Notes under the pieces: generated by a model
What the model was told of the DNA's origin: nothing
The model's input: the letters and a program-made list of their open reading frames with translations, nothing else
Database searches by the model: none
Made by a program: the position numbers and the translations under genes
DNA from: a virus
IMG/VR virus record: IMGVR_UViG_3300045988_161434
Coordinates: 1-47,997 of that record
DNA length: 47,997 bases
Strand: one strand, 5' to 3'
Shown: positions 32,219 through 43,128 of the stretch, one piece after another
How positions within the stretch are numbered: the first letter of the stretch is position 1
Layout of the letters: every line of letters starts with the position of its first letter

Positions 32219-32764
32219 ATGAAATTTAATGTCGAAGCAATTAATCTGGAAGGATTAAATAAGCATATTGAGTATGTAAATAAAATGCTAAATATGAAAG
32301 AGGATGAAAAATTCCAAAAGTTCATTCAGGAAAAGGTCTTAGAATTAGCAAAAAAAGTAACTGATGAAAGGCTTACTGGAGGAACTACTAATGATGAGGA
32401 AATAAATTTATATAAATCAAGTCATCATATACAAGAGGAAGCAGATGGTTTTATCTTATATAATGATGCCAAAATTGATGCAAATGCTATAGATATTAGT
32501 AATTATCCAAATGGACAATTTAGCATAGCCTTAGCATTTGAATATGGAGTTGGAATAACAGGAGAAGGAACATATCAAGATGATTGCTTTACTCCTTGGG
32601 AATACAATGTAAATAATTATAATTTTGGTTGGTATTATACCAAAGATGGTAAAACAGAACATACTTTTGGATATATGGGATTTGAGATTTATAGAAATAT
32701 TTCAATAAAGGTCCAACAAAATTTAAGTGGTTGGGTTAATGAATACTTTTCTAAGAAAGTTTGA
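32219..32764 (+). CDS. head-tail/neck protein (by position)
   Basis: 181 aa. Confidence 0.35.
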   Translation: MKFNVEAINLEGLNKHIEYVNKMLNMKEDEKFQKFIQEKVLELAKKVTDERLTGGTTNDEEINLYKSSHHIQEEADGFILYNDAKIDANAIDISNYPNGQFSIALAFEYGVGITGEGTYQDDCFTPWEYNVNNYNFGWYYTKDGKTEHTFGYMGFEIYRNISIKVQQNLSGWVNEYFSKKV

Positions 32765-32775
32765 GGTGTTAGCAA

Positions 32776-33210
32776 ATGATTGATATATATGAAGAAATTT
32801 TTGATGATTATAAAAAATATATTACTGAAAACTCAGAATATAGTCCTAAAGTTTTTAAATATAATACTAACACCTCTACCTATTTCCCACTTATAACTTT
32901 CATATTAGCGAATAATATTGATACTGACAATTGCACTATAGATAACATTGAATTTTACGAACAACAATACTTCACTATAAATATTTATGCAAAAAATAAA
33001 AACATTGTGAAAGATAACTTGAGTAAGGTTATTGCTTCACAAATAATCATTGATGAATTGACTAGATTAACTAATCAATACTTCAAAGGTTTAAATATGA
33101 AAAGGACACTTTGCAGTCCTACTCCAAACTTAGATACATCCGTATTGAGACAAACAATACAATATCAATGTTTGGTTGGAAATGCAAGAAAAAATATAAT
33201 AAGGAGATGA
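32776..33210 (+). CDS. tail completion / neck protein (by position)
   Basis: 144 aa. Confidence 0.35.
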   Translation: MIDIYEEIFDDYKKYITENSEYSPKVFKYNTNTSTYFPLITFILANNIDTDNCTIDNIEFYEQQYFTINIYAKNKNIVKDNLSKVIASQIIIDELTRLTNQYFKGLNMKRTLCSPTPNLDTSVLRQTIQYQCLVGNARKNIIRR

Positions 33211-33216
33211 TGAATT

Positions 33217-33915
33217 ATGTTTAATAGCATAGAAGATAGAGCCTTATCAGAACACAGAGGTAGTGCTTTATTAATGAAAAAAGAAAACGGTAAGTACTCT
33301 ATATTATTACCAGTTGAAGGTACTGGTGAAAACGGTTCTACACCAGCCCAATTAGATAAAACTGCTATAGGTAATGCACAGGCTACTTCAGTTGAAGGAA
33401 GAACTGAAAACCCTCAAAAAACAATCCCATTCTATACTCACAGAGATAATATTAATATTCTTGAGAATATTGCTGGAGAAAATCATGACTTCTTAAGATT
33501 GTTACCAGACTTTACAGGATTCAAATATAGTGGTTCTGTAAGTTACATGGCTAACAACACAGATGTTGGTTCACTAGAACAAGGTCAATTAACTATTACA
33601 CCTACAACTAAAGATGAATATGTTGAAAATTGCTTTGATTTAGTAGAAGATACAGTTGTGTTTACAAGTTCAATCGATGAAGTTGTTACTGTAGTAGGAA
33701 CTGGAACTAAAGTAATTAATGTTACTACAAATCCTTCTGATGCAACTATTTCAGCAACAAGTGACACCGAAGGAACAGCAACTGCTAGTGTATCAGAAAA
33801 GGCTGTTACAATTACAGGTGTAAAAGCAGGTTCTGCAATAATCACAATTACTGCTACAAAAGCAGGTTATGCTTCATTTAAGAGAACTGTACTTGTAATA
33901 GTAAAAACAGCATAA
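33217..33915 (+). CDS. major tail protein with a C-terminal bacterial Ig-like (Big_2-type) domain
   Basis: 232 aa; the C-terminal Thr/Val/Ser-rich beta pattern VTITGVKAGSAIITITATKAGYASFKRTVLVIV is typical of Ig-like decorations on siphovirus tail tube proteins; it lies just upstream of the chaperone/tape-measure block. Confidence 0.55.
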   Translation: MFNSIEDRALSEHRGSALLMKKENGKYSILLPVEGTGENGSTPAQLDKTAIGNAQATSVEGRTENPQKTIPFYTHRDNINILENIAGENHDFLRLLPDFTGFKYSGSVSYMANNTDVGSLEQGQLTITPTTKDEYVENCFDLVEDTVVFTSSIDEVVTVVGTGTKVINVTTNPSDATISATSDTEGTATASVSEKAVTITGVKAGSAIITITATKAGYASFKRTVLVIVKTA

Positions 33916-33947
33916 TTAAAAAATAAAGGAAATAGGAGATAATTATA

Positions 33948-34391
33948 ATGAAGAAAAATGAAATAATAGAATTAAATGGAGTAGAATATACTCTTGAACT
34001 AAATAGAGATAGTTTTTTACAAATAGATAAAATATGTAATATCAAAAAATCAATGGATATATTAAAAAAAGATTTATATGAATATGTAGATGAAATAGAT
34101 GATAATTATAATCCGTTTGCCAATCCAGTAAATGAAAAAGATTTGGATGAAAAGGTAGAAGAAAAAAATAAGGTATTACATAAAATTGTAGAAAGAAGTT
34201 TCTTTATTTGGATGTATCCAAATCACAAATTGACAATAACACAAGTTTCTGAAATATTAAAACCATATCTTGATGATGAAGAAAAAGCCGAATGGATTGG
34301 AGAAAAATTGGGAGAATATTTACAAGAATGTGTTGAAATAAGGCAAGAATATAATCAAGAACAAAAAAACTTGAAAGCCCTAGCCAACTAA
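33948..34391 (+). CDS. tail assembly chaperone (G-like, upstream frame)
   Basis: 147 aa, acidic, directly before the tape-measure gene; contains the slippery heptamer near its 3' end. Confidence 0.5.
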   Translation: MKKNEIIELNGVEYTLELNRDSFLQIDKICNIKKSMDILKKDLYEYVDEIDDNYNPFANPVNEKDLDEKVEEKNKVLHKIVERSFFIWMYPNHKLTITQVSEILKPYLDDEEKAEWIGEKLGEYLQECVEIRQEYNQEQKNLKALAN

Positions 34392-34873
34392 TAGAAGATA
34401 CAGAAGAAGATATATTTAATAAATATAATAATTCTTATTACGAATATTATTGTAATTATCTTTTTCCACAAGCAATAGAGTACGGTATGAGTGCAGAAGA
34501 ATTTTGGAAAGATGACCCTCAATTATTCGCTTCATACCGTATTTCTTTTATAAATAAGAAACAAAAAGAAATGGAAGAAGAAGATTATAAAAGTTGGCTG
34601 AGGGGCTATTATATTCACGATAGCAGTAACAAGATAATGATGTCGTTCAAGCAATTTATAAATAATATATTGGCTAGTATTGCAAACAAACCGAAAGATA
34701 ATACAAAAATAGATACTTATCCTAAAAAACCATATTTAGAATTAGAAAGAGAATATAAACAAAAAGAAAAAAGCAAAAACGAAAAATACAAACAATTTGA
34801 AGAATCTTTAGTTTATTACGGAACTCTTAAACAACAATATTTGGATAGGTTAGAAAAAAAGAAAGGAGAGTGA
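34355..34873 (+). CDS. tail assembly chaperone -1 frame extension (the T part of a G-T fusion)
   Basis: The frame is open upstream of the annotated ATG 34487 back to a stop at 34352-34354, overlapping the end of G at the slippery site. Confidence 0.45.
   Translation, partial: SRTKKLESPSQLIEDTEEDIFNKYNNSYYEYYCNYLFPQAIEYGMSAEEFWKDDPQLFASYRISFINKKQKEMEEEDYKSWLRGYYIHDSSNKIMMSFKQFINNILASIANKPKDNTKIDTYPKKPYLELEREYKQKEKSKNEKYKQFEESLVYYGTLKQQYLDRLEKKKGE
34364..34370 (+). other. canonical -1 programmed ribosomal frameshift slippery site A AAA AAC
   Basis: The heptamer is in frame in the G ORF (codons AAA AAC). The -1 frame is open from 34355 through 34873 and includes the track ORF 34487..34873. Confidence 0.55.
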
Positions 34874-34877
34874 GTAT

Positions 34878-37577
34878 ATGAACAATCAAACAGATGTAAG
34901 TATTAAGTTTAAAAACAGTGTCACTGGTGAAGAAAAACTCAAAAGATATGCTACAACATTGGGTACAATAAAATCCCTTTTAGATGGTATGGATAAAGGC
35001 ACTATAAAACAACTAGAAAACGGAAGCAAAGGATTGTCAGATATTAAAAATGGTGTAAAAAAAGTCACAAAAGATACAGACAAACTAGGAAAGCAATTGA
35101 AGACAGCCTTTGATATAACTGTAATAACTAAATTTAGTAAAGCATTAGGAAATACATATAGAAATATAGTAAAATTTACTAATGCTAGTATGAATTATGT
35201 CGAATCTTTAAACTTATATCAAGTTGCATTTGAAGGAGATACAAAAGAAGCAGACAAATTTATAAATAAACTTTCAGAAATGTATGGTCTTGATGAAAAC
35301 TGGCTTACTAAGACTGTTTCTATGTTTAAGCAGTTATCAAATGCAATGGGATTGTCTGCAGATACAGGTAAAAAACTTAGTAAGGCATTAACCCAATTAA
35401 GTATAGATACCTCTTCATTATATAATATAGAACCATCGGAAGCAGTTTCAAAGTTTAGTTCTGCATTAGCAGGACAAACAAAACCTGTAAGGTCTTTGGG
35501 AGCAGATATAACACAAACAACATTGCAACAAACATTGACAAATTTAGGGATAGACAAATCTATAGTAGATTTGTCTTATGCAGAAAAAAGATTAATAATA
35601 GTAATATCGTTAATGCAACAATTATCTAAGGTAACAAATGACTGGGGAAAGACAATAGAATCACCAGCCAACCAAACTCGTATATTGAGTGAGCAATGGG
35701 AAAGATTAACTCGTGCTGTTGGTAATATATTTTTACCAGTATTAACTAAAATCTTGCCTTATTTAAATGCAATATTAATGGTATTAACTGAAATAATAAA
35801 TGCTATTGCTGCTCTGCTAGGATTCAACATAGAAGATTTTGATTATGGAGTTGGTGTAAGTACAGATGCCTTAGATGACTTTGCTGGTGAATTAGATAAT
35901 GCTACTGGTAGTTCAGAAAAACTTAAAAATTCATTAAAAGGTTTAAGGTCATTTGATAAGTTAAATGTAATAAAAACTCCTACAGATGATGGAACATCAT
36001 CTGGTTCTGGAACTGGAATTAGTAGTGATATTCTTGGAGCATTTGACAAGACTTATGCTGAGTATATGTCTAAATTAGAAGATGTAGAAATGAAAGCCAC
36101 AAGAATAAGAGACAGAATAATGGAATGGTTAGGTTTTACAAAAAAAGTTGATAAAGAAACTGGAAAGGTAAGTTTTAAATTTGACCATATAACAGGAGGC
36201 ACAGTTCTTGGTGCTTTGGCTGTAGGTGGAGCAATATATAATGGTGTCAAAACAATATTTAAATTGTTAAACAAAATTGGTCTTATAGATTTTACTCTTC
36301 CAAGTATTGGAAGTTTAATCGGAAAAGGAGCAGAATTTACTGGTTTAACTGAATTGCTATCATCAATATCTGTCGGATGGGAACTAATAGCAGCAGGAGA
36401 GGCTTCTGTTGGTAGTGTTATTACAGAATTAATCTTGCCTGCATTAGGAGAATTTTCATCGGCATTGGGTGGTATAGTGCTTGTTATAGGAGGTATAGCA
36501 TTAACATTCAAAGGAATAAGCGATATAATAAAAAATGGTTGGAATTTTGATGCAATTATGGAATCTCTTGAAGGAATAGGATTGATAGTTTCTGGCATTC
36601 TGATGTTTATAAATCCAATTGCTGGTTTAATAGCATTGGCTGTCACTGGTTTAATAGCATTAACTAAAGTAATAGTTGATAACTGGGATACAATAAAAGA
36701 AAATGTCATAAATCCTATTGTAGATTTTGTAACATCTATAGCCACCACGATATATGATAAAGCAATAAAACCTGTTATAGATTTCTTTACTCCTATAGTA
36801 GATGCTATAGTGTCTATATTTACTACTATATTTAAAAATATTGCTGATATAGTAACTGGTGTAGCCAATGCTGCTTGGTCTATAATAAAAAAAGTAGGTG
36901 AAATACTTGCAAAAATAGTAGAAATATTTGTGGCATTAGCAAAAGCATTTTATGACTATGTAATAAAACCTGTATGGAATAATTATATAAAGCCTGCCTT
37001 TGAGGCTATATATAAAGCAGTTATAAAACCTATTGTAGATTTGTTCAAAAAAGTAGGAACATGGTTCTACAATAATGTAATAAAACCTGTATGGGATAAA
37101 ATAGTATGGCTTAAAGATAAAGCCGTTAGCATTTTTAAATCAATTGGAACTACTGTAGTTAATTTCGTTGGAGACAGTATAAAATCTGTCATAAACGGTG
37201 TTTTAGCAGGAATAGAATGGACTATAAATAAGTTTATATCTATGTTAAATGGTGCTATAAGATTAATAAACAAAATCCCTGGGGTAAATATTACACAAGT
37301 AGAAAAGTTATCAATTCCAAGATTAGAAAAAGGAATGGATTTTGTTCCTAAAGATTTTTATGGACCTGTATATCTTGACTATGGAGAAAGGGTTTTAACC
37401 AAAGACCAAAACAAAGATTATATAGCCAATAAAAATGTTGGAGATAATTTAAAGGGAATGTCATATAGTGGAACATTTAATATTTATGTAGGCTCAGAAA
37501 AAGTAGCCACAACTGTTTTAAAAGAATTAAAAAACATGTCTAAAAGTAATGGGAAACCTATAGAAATAAGAGCATAA
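34878..37577 (+). CDS. tail tape measure protein
   Basis: 899 aa; a long alpha-helical protein with a central hydrophobic/Gly-rich membrane-like stretch, directly after the chaperones. Confidence 0.85.
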   Translation: MNNQTDVSIKFKNSVTGEEKLKRYATTLGTIKSLLDGMDKGTIKQLENGSKGLSDIKNGVKKVTKDTDKLGKQLKTAFDITVITKFSKALGNTYRNIVKFTNASMNYVESLNLYQVAFEGDTKEADKFINKLSEMYGLDENWLTKTVSMFKQLSNAMGLSADTGKKLSKALTQLSIDTSSLYNIEPSEAVSKFSSALAGQTKPVRSLGADITQTTLQQTLTNLGIDKSIVDLSYAEKRLIIVISLMQQLSKVTNDWGKTIESPANQTRILSEQWERLTRAVGNIFLPVLTKILPYLNAILMVLTEIINAIAALLGFNIEDFDYGVGVSTDALDDFAGELDNATGSSEKLKNSLKGLRSFDKLNVIKTPTDDGTSSGSGTGISSDILGAFDKTYAEYMSKLEDVEMKATRIRDRIMEWLGFTKKVDKETGKVSFKFDHITGGTVLGALAVGGAIYNGVKTIFKLLNKIGLIDFTLPSIGSLIGKGAEFTGLTELLSSISVGWELIAAGEASVGSVITELILPALGEFSSALGGIVLVIGGIALTFKGISDIIKNGWNFDAIMESLEGIGLIVSGILMFINPIAGLIALAVTGLIALTKVIVDNWDTIKENVINPIVDFVTSIATTIYDKAIKPVIDFFTPIVDAIVSIFTTIFKNIADIVTGVANAAWSIIKKVGEILAKIVEIFVALAKAFYDYVIKPVWNNYIKPAFEAIYKAVIKPIVDLFKKVGTWFYNNVIKPVWDKIVWLKDKAVSIFKSIGTTVVNFVGDSIKSVINGVLAGIEWTINKFISMLNGAIRLINKIPGVNITQVEKLSIPRLEKGMDFVPKDFYGPVYLDYGERVLTKDQNKDYIANKNVGDNLKGMSYSGTFNIYVGSEKVATTVLKELKNMSKSNGKPIEIRA

Positions 37578-37583
37578 GGAGAA

Positions 37584-37970
37584 GTGATAAAAATGGATTA
37601 TAGATATGATACTGTATATGTTAATGGAGTTGCTTTTCCTTACACTCCAATTCATGATGCAGGACAAAATGATTTAGATTTAGATGCTTATACAAATACA
37701 GCAGGGTACACTGTCAGAAATAGAGTTAGACACGATGTTAAGACATTAGATTTCAACATTCCAACAATGACAGGAGCAGAACTTAAAAAATTATTAGAAT
37801 TGAGAGACCCAGTTTGGTTCAATTGCACATTTTTTGATGAATCAGAATGGGCAATAGTTACAAAAAAAATGTATTGTAGTAGCCCAAAATACACAAAATA
37901 TTATATAGACAATAGCAACCCATTAAATAATATATACCAAAATGTTCAATTTGGTTTTGTAGAGGAGTAG
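37584..37970 (+). CDS. tail tip / distal tail component (by position)
   Basis: 128 aa immediately after the tape measure. Confidence 0.35.
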   Translation: MIKMDYRYDTVYVNGVAFPYTPIHDAGQNDLDLDAYTNTAGYTVRNRVRHDVKTLDFNIPTMTGAELKKLLELRDPVWFNCTFFDESEWAIVTKKMYCSSPKYTKYYIDNSNPLNNIYQNVQFGFVEE

Positions 37971-37977
37971 TGATACA

Positions 37978-39576
37978 ATGGCTTTTACAAGTTTTAAAAA
38001 TTGTACTAGAAAACAATATGAAGAAGAAATTTATGGTCAAGACTACCAACATAAAATAAAAATAACATTTGATGGAACAGAATTAGAAAATGCTGATAGA
38101 TATTGTGAAAAATTTACTGTTAAACCTAGAATAGTTCCAAACGGAGAAGAAACATTTAGTCTAAATAATTTTGTATCAAAAGAAGCAGAATTAATATTGC
38201 ATAATGTAGATAGTAGTTTAATAAAAGGTCAAGTATCAATTTCAATAGGAACATATATTAAAAGTGTAAGCAAATACGAATATGTTCCTATTGGAATATT
38301 CAATATTCAGGAAACACCTACAACTGACCAAAATAAAATTACTATTCAGTTAAGAGATAACTCTGTAAAGTTTGATTTTAATTATAATGCTAAGCCATTG
38401 ATGGACAAAAACGAAGGCAAAGCAACATTAAAACAAATATTTAATGATATATGTACTCAGGCAGGTGTAGAAACAGATATAACTACATTTGCTGGTGAAA
38501 ATAAAGTTGTAGGAGTTTATGATAATACAATAACAGCAAGAGTTTATATATCCAATATAGCCGAAAATTCTGGCAAAATAGCAACTATAGATAGAGATGG
38601 AAAATTGATATTTGTTGATTTATTAAATTTAACTACATGGACCATTCCTTTAAGTGTTGTCGAAAAATACGAAATAGGAACTAATTTCAAAATTGGTAAA
38701 GTAGTTTATGAAAGTGGAATAATAAAGTATGAAAAACCAGAAAATGGAACTGATGATACTTTATACATAGATTCTTCTAATCAGTATGCTGATGAAACCA
38801 CTGTTGCAAATGTGCTACAAGCAACACAAGGATTCCAAATTGTTTCTATGAAAACTGGCAAGATTTTAGGAAATCCTGCGATAGATGGTTATGATTTGAT
38901 ATCCATAACTGATGGTGAAAATACCTATAAAACTTTAGCAACTCATCAACTTGTTTATAATGGAACTATGATTCAAACATTTGAAACTGAAATCAGTGAA
39001 AAATTGAAAAGTGAGAATGTAACAAAGAATAGTGAGCCTACATTTAAGAAGTGGGCTAGAACAACAATAGATGCTGTAAATGCTGAAGTTAAAATAACAA
39101 CAGGAAAAGTAACCACTGTCGAAAATACTGTTAATAATAACTACAATGAAATAATAGGGAAATTTGGTGATTATGCTCCAAAATCCGACTTAATAACAAT
39201 AGAAGAAAGTGTAACTCAGTTACAGACAAATACATATACAAAGACTGAAATAAATACCAAATTAACAGATGGTAGTGTAACAAAAGTAAGTACGACTGCT
39301 GGAACATTTGATGAAAATGGTATGACTATTGAAAAAACTAATGCCAAAACAAAAGGAAATTTCAATGAAAAAGGTGTAACAGTAATAGATGCTACTGGTA
39401 GTACGAATACCGAGTTACTATTTGCAGGTTATGATGAAAAATTAAATGAAACTATTGTTAGAACAAAAAATATAAATGTAACAAAATACCTTACACTAGG
39501 AAAAAATTCAAGAATGGAAGATTATGTAGATGAAGACAATGAAGATTGTACTGGTGTATTCTGGATTGGAAATTAG
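37978..39576 (+). CDS. tail-tip (Dit/Tal-like) structural protein
   Basis: 532 aa, beta-rich, positioned after the tape measure. Confidence 0.4.
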   Translation: MAFTSFKNCTRKQYEEEIYGQDYQHKIKITFDGTELENADRYCEKFTVKPRIVPNGEETFSLNNFVSKEAELILHNVDSSLIKGQVSISIGTYIKSVSKYEYVPIGIFNIQETPTTDQNKITIQLRDNSVKFDFNYNAKPLMDKNEGKATLKQIFNDICTQAGVETDITTFAGENKVVGVYDNTITARVYISNIAENSGKIATIDRDGKLIFVDLLNLTTWTIPLSVVEKYEIGTNFKIGKVVYESGIIKYEKPENGTDDTLYIDSSNQYADETTVANVLQATQGFQIVSMKTGKILGNPAIDGYDLISITDGENTYKTLATHQLVYNGTMIQTFETEISEKLKSENVTKNSEPTFKKWARTTIDAVNAEVKITTGKVTTVENTVNNNYNEIIGKFGDYAPKSDLITIEESVTQLQTNTYTKTEINTKLTDGSVTKVSTTAGTFDENGMTIEKTNAKTKGNFNEKGVTVIDATGSTNTELLFAGYDEKLNETIVRTKNINVTKYLTLGKNSRMEDYVDEDNEDCTGVFWIGN

Positions 39577-39589
39577 GAGGTAATTTAAT

Positions 39590-41401
39590 ATGGCAAGAAT
39601 ATATGGTAGTACAAACAACTCCAATTGGGGCTTGTTTGTAGATTTAAATGAAACTAGTTATAGTGTAGGAAACAATAATTCAAATGTAAGAGCAAGTGTA
39701 TATCTTTACAGAACAAGTAGTGCCAGTTATTATGGTGGTTCTGCCACTATTGGTGTTTCTGTAAATGGTGAATATAAGAGTACAGGCTTCTATCCTAGTT
39801 ATCCTACAAATATTGGTGTAGGTGAAGGTAATGCTCATTTAGTAGCGACTTTTGATTATACTGTTCCACATAATGCTGATGGTTCAAAGACAGTAAGCAT
39901 GAGCATGAGTTGGTCAGCAGACTTCTCTCCAAGTAGTGGTTCTGCAAGTGGAAGTATATCTTTAACTAATATTCCTAGACAAGCCAACATAACCTCTGCT
40001 ACAGATTTTACTGATGAAGAAAATCCTGCTATTACTTATGAAAATAAGGCAGGTAATTCGGTAAGTTCTTTACAAGCATGTATAAGTCTTACGGGGTCTG
40101 CTGATGATATAGAATATAGAGATATTTCAAAGACTGGTTCGAGTTACACATTTGAGTTAACTGATTCCGAAAGAAATATATTAAGAAATGCAACTTTAAG
40201 TGGTTCTACACAAAGACAAGTTATCTTTTTCGTTAGAACAGAAATAGGTGGCAACACTTTTTATTCTACACTGACTAGGACACTTACAATTGTAAATTGT
40301 AGTCCAACAGTTACTGCAACTATCGAAGATATTAATACAGCAACACTTGAGATAACTGGTAGTAGTAGTACTATAGTAAAAGGTTATTCTAAAGCAAAGA
40401 TAACTCCTACAGCAGCAGCAAAAAAAGGAGCATCTATAACTTCTATAAAGGTTAATGACACTGTAGTTAGTAAAGAAAGCATTGAACTATCAGGAACTAA
40501 CAAATATGAAGTAAGAGCCTATGATAATAGAGGACTGGTTGCTTCTAAAGATTTGGTAGGTGGTACTGACTTCACATTCATAAATTATATTCCATTAACA
40601 TTTAGTGGAACACTAGAAAGACATACTCCTACTGGGAATCAATTGGATTTATCGTTTAGTGGTAATTACTTTAACGGAAGTTTTGGTACTACTGATAATT
40701 CATTGACAATTAAGTGGTATTGGAAAGAAAAAAATGCTGCCGAGTGGACTCTAGGTGGAACACTTGTAAAAGATACTGATTTTGTAATAAACAACAATGT
40801 ATATCATAGTGGAACAGCAGAAGAAGAAACAAAGATATCTTTAGGAAATATATTTGACTATAAAAAAACTTATGAAATAAAAATAGAATATAGTGATGCT
40901 TTATTAAAAAACAATAGTATAACTTTATTAGGAAGAAAAGGAAAACCAGTATATAACTGGGGCAGAGATTTCTTCAATATAAATGGTGAATTAAGAATAA
41001 ACAATACAAAATTTATTCAAGAAGAATACAATGAATTACACGATAAAACATATAGTTGTAATTATTTAAATAATTTAAATAATTATTCTACTGATGAAGT
41101 TAAAATTGGAAGATGGTATGATGGAAAAATTTTATATAGAAAAGTTTTAAACATTGGAGATTACACATGGGATACAAGGGAACACGAATTTATTCATGGT
41201 ATTGATAATTTAGATACTGCTGTAGATTTAAAAATAACTGGTTATCTTCCTACTTATACTTGTTGGTATGTAAATTGGGATAATCTAATTAATAATAACT
41301 GGACTGTTGATGGTGAAAAAATTTATGTTAAATGTACTTCAAGTGGTAATGATTTTACTAGAGTAGCATTAATTTTAGAATATACAAAAACAACAGGTTA
41401 A
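39590..41401 (+). CDS. tail fibre / receptor-binding protein
   Basis: 603 aa; Ser/Thr/Gly/Asn-rich beta-structure composition with the C-terminal domain typical of RBPs. Confidence 0.45.
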   Translation: MARIYGSTNNSNWGLFVDLNETSYSVGNNNSNVRASVYLYRTSSASYYGGSATIGVSVNGEYKSTGFYPSYPTNIGVGEGNAHLVATFDYTVPHNADGSKTVSMSMSWSADFSPSSGSASGSISLTNIPRQANITSATDFTDEENPAITYENKAGNSVSSLQACISLTGSADDIEYRDISKTGSSYTFELTDSERNILRNATLSGSTQRQVIFFVRTEIGGNTFYSTLTRTLTIVNCSPTVTATIEDINTATLEITGSSSTIVKGYSKAKITPTAAAKKGASITSIKVNDTVVSKESIELSGTNKYEVRAYDNRGLVASKDLVGGTDFTFINYIPLTFSGTLERHTPTGNQLDLSFSGNYFNGSFGTTDNSLTIKWYWKEKNAAEWTLGGTLVKDTDFVINNNVYHSGTAEEETKISLGNIFDYKKTYEIKIEYSDALLKNNSITLLGRKGKPVYNWGRDFFNINGELRINNTKFIQEEYNELHDKTYSCNYLNNLNNYSTDEVKIGRWYDGKILYRKVLNIGDYTWDTREHEFIHGIDNLDTAVDLKITGYLPTYTCWYVNWDNLINNNWTVDGEKIYVKCTSSGNDFTRVALILEYTKTTG

Positions 41402-41480
41402 TAATTTGACCAAAACGAAGAAATAATATATAATCATTTTAAGAGAATATTAATCAAAAATAAGAAAGGAGTGATGGTAT

Positions 41481-41888
41481 ATGAGTATTTATGTAGTACC
41501 TGAAACAAAAGAAATACAAATGACAAGAGGTGATGCTGTATCTATAAAAATAAGCCCCTTGAATAACTATAAATTTCAAAAAGGTGATGTTATAAGAATG
41601 AATGTCACAAAAAGAAAAAACAGCAATGCTTTATTATTGACAAAAGATTTCTATATTGATGAAGAATGTGACTATTTCTTCTTAACATTTGATAAAGGAG
41701 AAACAAAGATAGGTGACATAATCAATGCAGATACTGACTACTGGTATGAAATCGTATTGAATCCAGACACTAACCCACAAACAATAATTGGTTACGAGAT
41801 GTATAAAGAAACTGGTGACCCATGGGAAAAGATATTAAAATTATTACCTGAAGCAAATGATGATAATGAAGGAAGTGATAATCTATGA
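41481..41888 (+). CDS. hypothetical tail-fibre-associated protein
   Basis: 135 aa; coupled to the next gene. Confidence 0.4.
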   Translation: MSIYVVPETKEIQMTRGDAVSIKISPLNNYKFQKGDVIRMNVTKRKNSNALLLTKDFYIDEECDYFFLTFDKGETKIGDIINADTDYWYEIVLNPDTNPQTIIGYEMYKETGDPWEKILKLLPEANDDNEGSDNL

Positions 41889-42928
41889 TAGAAGCAGTAA
41901 AATTAGAAGCAGACATATATCCAGCAGGTCCTAGAGGACTAAGTGCTTACGAAATCTACAAAAAAGAAGGTGGACAATTAAGCGAAGAAGAATGGCTTAA
42001 AAGTCTAAATGGCTTAACTCCAACTATTGGAGAAAATGGAAATTGGTTTCTTGGAACTGTAGATACAGGTTTGCCAAGTAGAGGACCAAAAGGAGACACA
42101 GGAAGTATCAAGTTTATAGTGGTTACTGAATTACCTACTGAAAATATTGATGAAACTGCTATATACATGAAACCTGTTGAAAAACCAACAGGAGAAAACA
42201 AATTTGAAGAACTTATTTATGTTAATGGAAAATGGGAGGATTTAGGTACTCCGAATGTAGCAGTTGACTTAAGTAATTATTATACTAAAGAAGAAAGTGA
42301 TGAAAAACTATTAGCCAAACAAGATAAATTGTTAGCAGGAGATAATATTGAGATATCAGATGATAATGTGATTAGTGTATCTGGTATAGAATTCCCAATT
42401 TATAGAATTCAAACAATTGAGAACTCTATATATACAACAGGTTATACTCGTATAAATGACCAAAGTAAATTAAAAATAACAGAAGAAATAAATAAAGCAT
42501 ATAAAAATGGATTAAATTCAATTGGTTTTATTGTTTCTTCTGGAACCAATAATGAACAATATTTATTTGTGAACAATAATGTTGGTATTCAAACCAAACC
42601 TATAAACTATTGGCTTTATTCTATAGACTCTATTCATAACAGATATAACAATGCACAATCATATTCGTTATTAACTTTACAATTAACAATTTCACTATCT
42701 TGGACTGGTGATACGTGTAGTTGTACAAGTGCTTTAATATGGAAAGTTGAATTACCCTTATTAGCCACAAATAATTTAGGTAAATACACCCCAACTGGCG
42801 ACTACAACCCTAGTACCAAATTGTATACAGACAAAACTCATTATGAGAAAATGACTGGTTATGATGCAACTAAAACACAAGTGTTAAAAAATATAAATGG
42901 AACATTAACATGGGTTGATGAAGTATAG
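41885..42928 (+). CDS. tail fibre protein with short collagen-like G-x-x triplets
   Basis: 347 aa; GPRGLSAYEIYKKEGG ... GLPSRGPKGDTGS N-terminal motif common in phage fibre proteins. Confidence 0.45.
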   Translation: MIEAVKLEADIYPAGPRGLSAYEIYKKEGGQLSEEEWLKSLNGLTPTIGENGNWFLGTVDTGLPSRGPKGDTGSIKFIVVTELPTENIDETAIYMKPVEKPTGENKFEELIYVNGKWEDLGTPNVAVDLSNYYTKEESDEKLLAKQDKLLAGDNIEISDDNVISVSGIEFPIYRIQTIENSIYTTGYTRINDQSKLKITEEINKAYKNGLNSIGFIVSSGTNNEQYLFVNNNVGIQTKPINYWLYSIDSIHNRYNNAQSYSLLTLQLTISLSWTGDTCSCTSALIWKVELPLLATNNLGKYTPTGDYNPSTKLYTDKTHYEKMTGYDATKTQVLKNINGTLTWVDEV

Positions 42929-42945
42929 AGAAAGGAAGGAAAAAC

Positions 42946-43116
42946 ATGAAAAAAGCATGGGATGATATAAAATCATTCATAACAGTAACTGTAATGTTAC
43001 TATTTGCATATTGTATTATTATGCAAATACCAATAGATGATACATTAAAATCAGTGTTAGCAACTGTTGTAGGTTTCTTTTTAGGAACACAAGCAGTAAA
43101 AAATAGTAAAGATTAA
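42946..43116 (+). CDS. holin (56 aa, two TM segments; not in the track)
   Basis: RBS GAAAGGAAGGAAAAACATG; TM segments FITVTVMLLFAYCIIM and SVLATVVGFFLGTQAV; directly upstream of the endolysin. Confidence 0.45.
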   Translation: MKKAWDDIKSFITVTVMLLFAYCIIMQIPIDDTLKSVLATVVGFFLGTQAVKNSKD

Positions 43117-43128
43117 GGAGGAATTAAT

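Noticed and set aside
36053-36868. 271-aa minus-strand ORF antisense to the tape-measure gene
   Set aside because: It lies entirely inside the 899-aa tape-measure coding region, on the opposite strand. It is Ile/Pro/Ser-rich low-complexity translation of the reverse complement with no RBS. This is a typical antisense shadow ORF.
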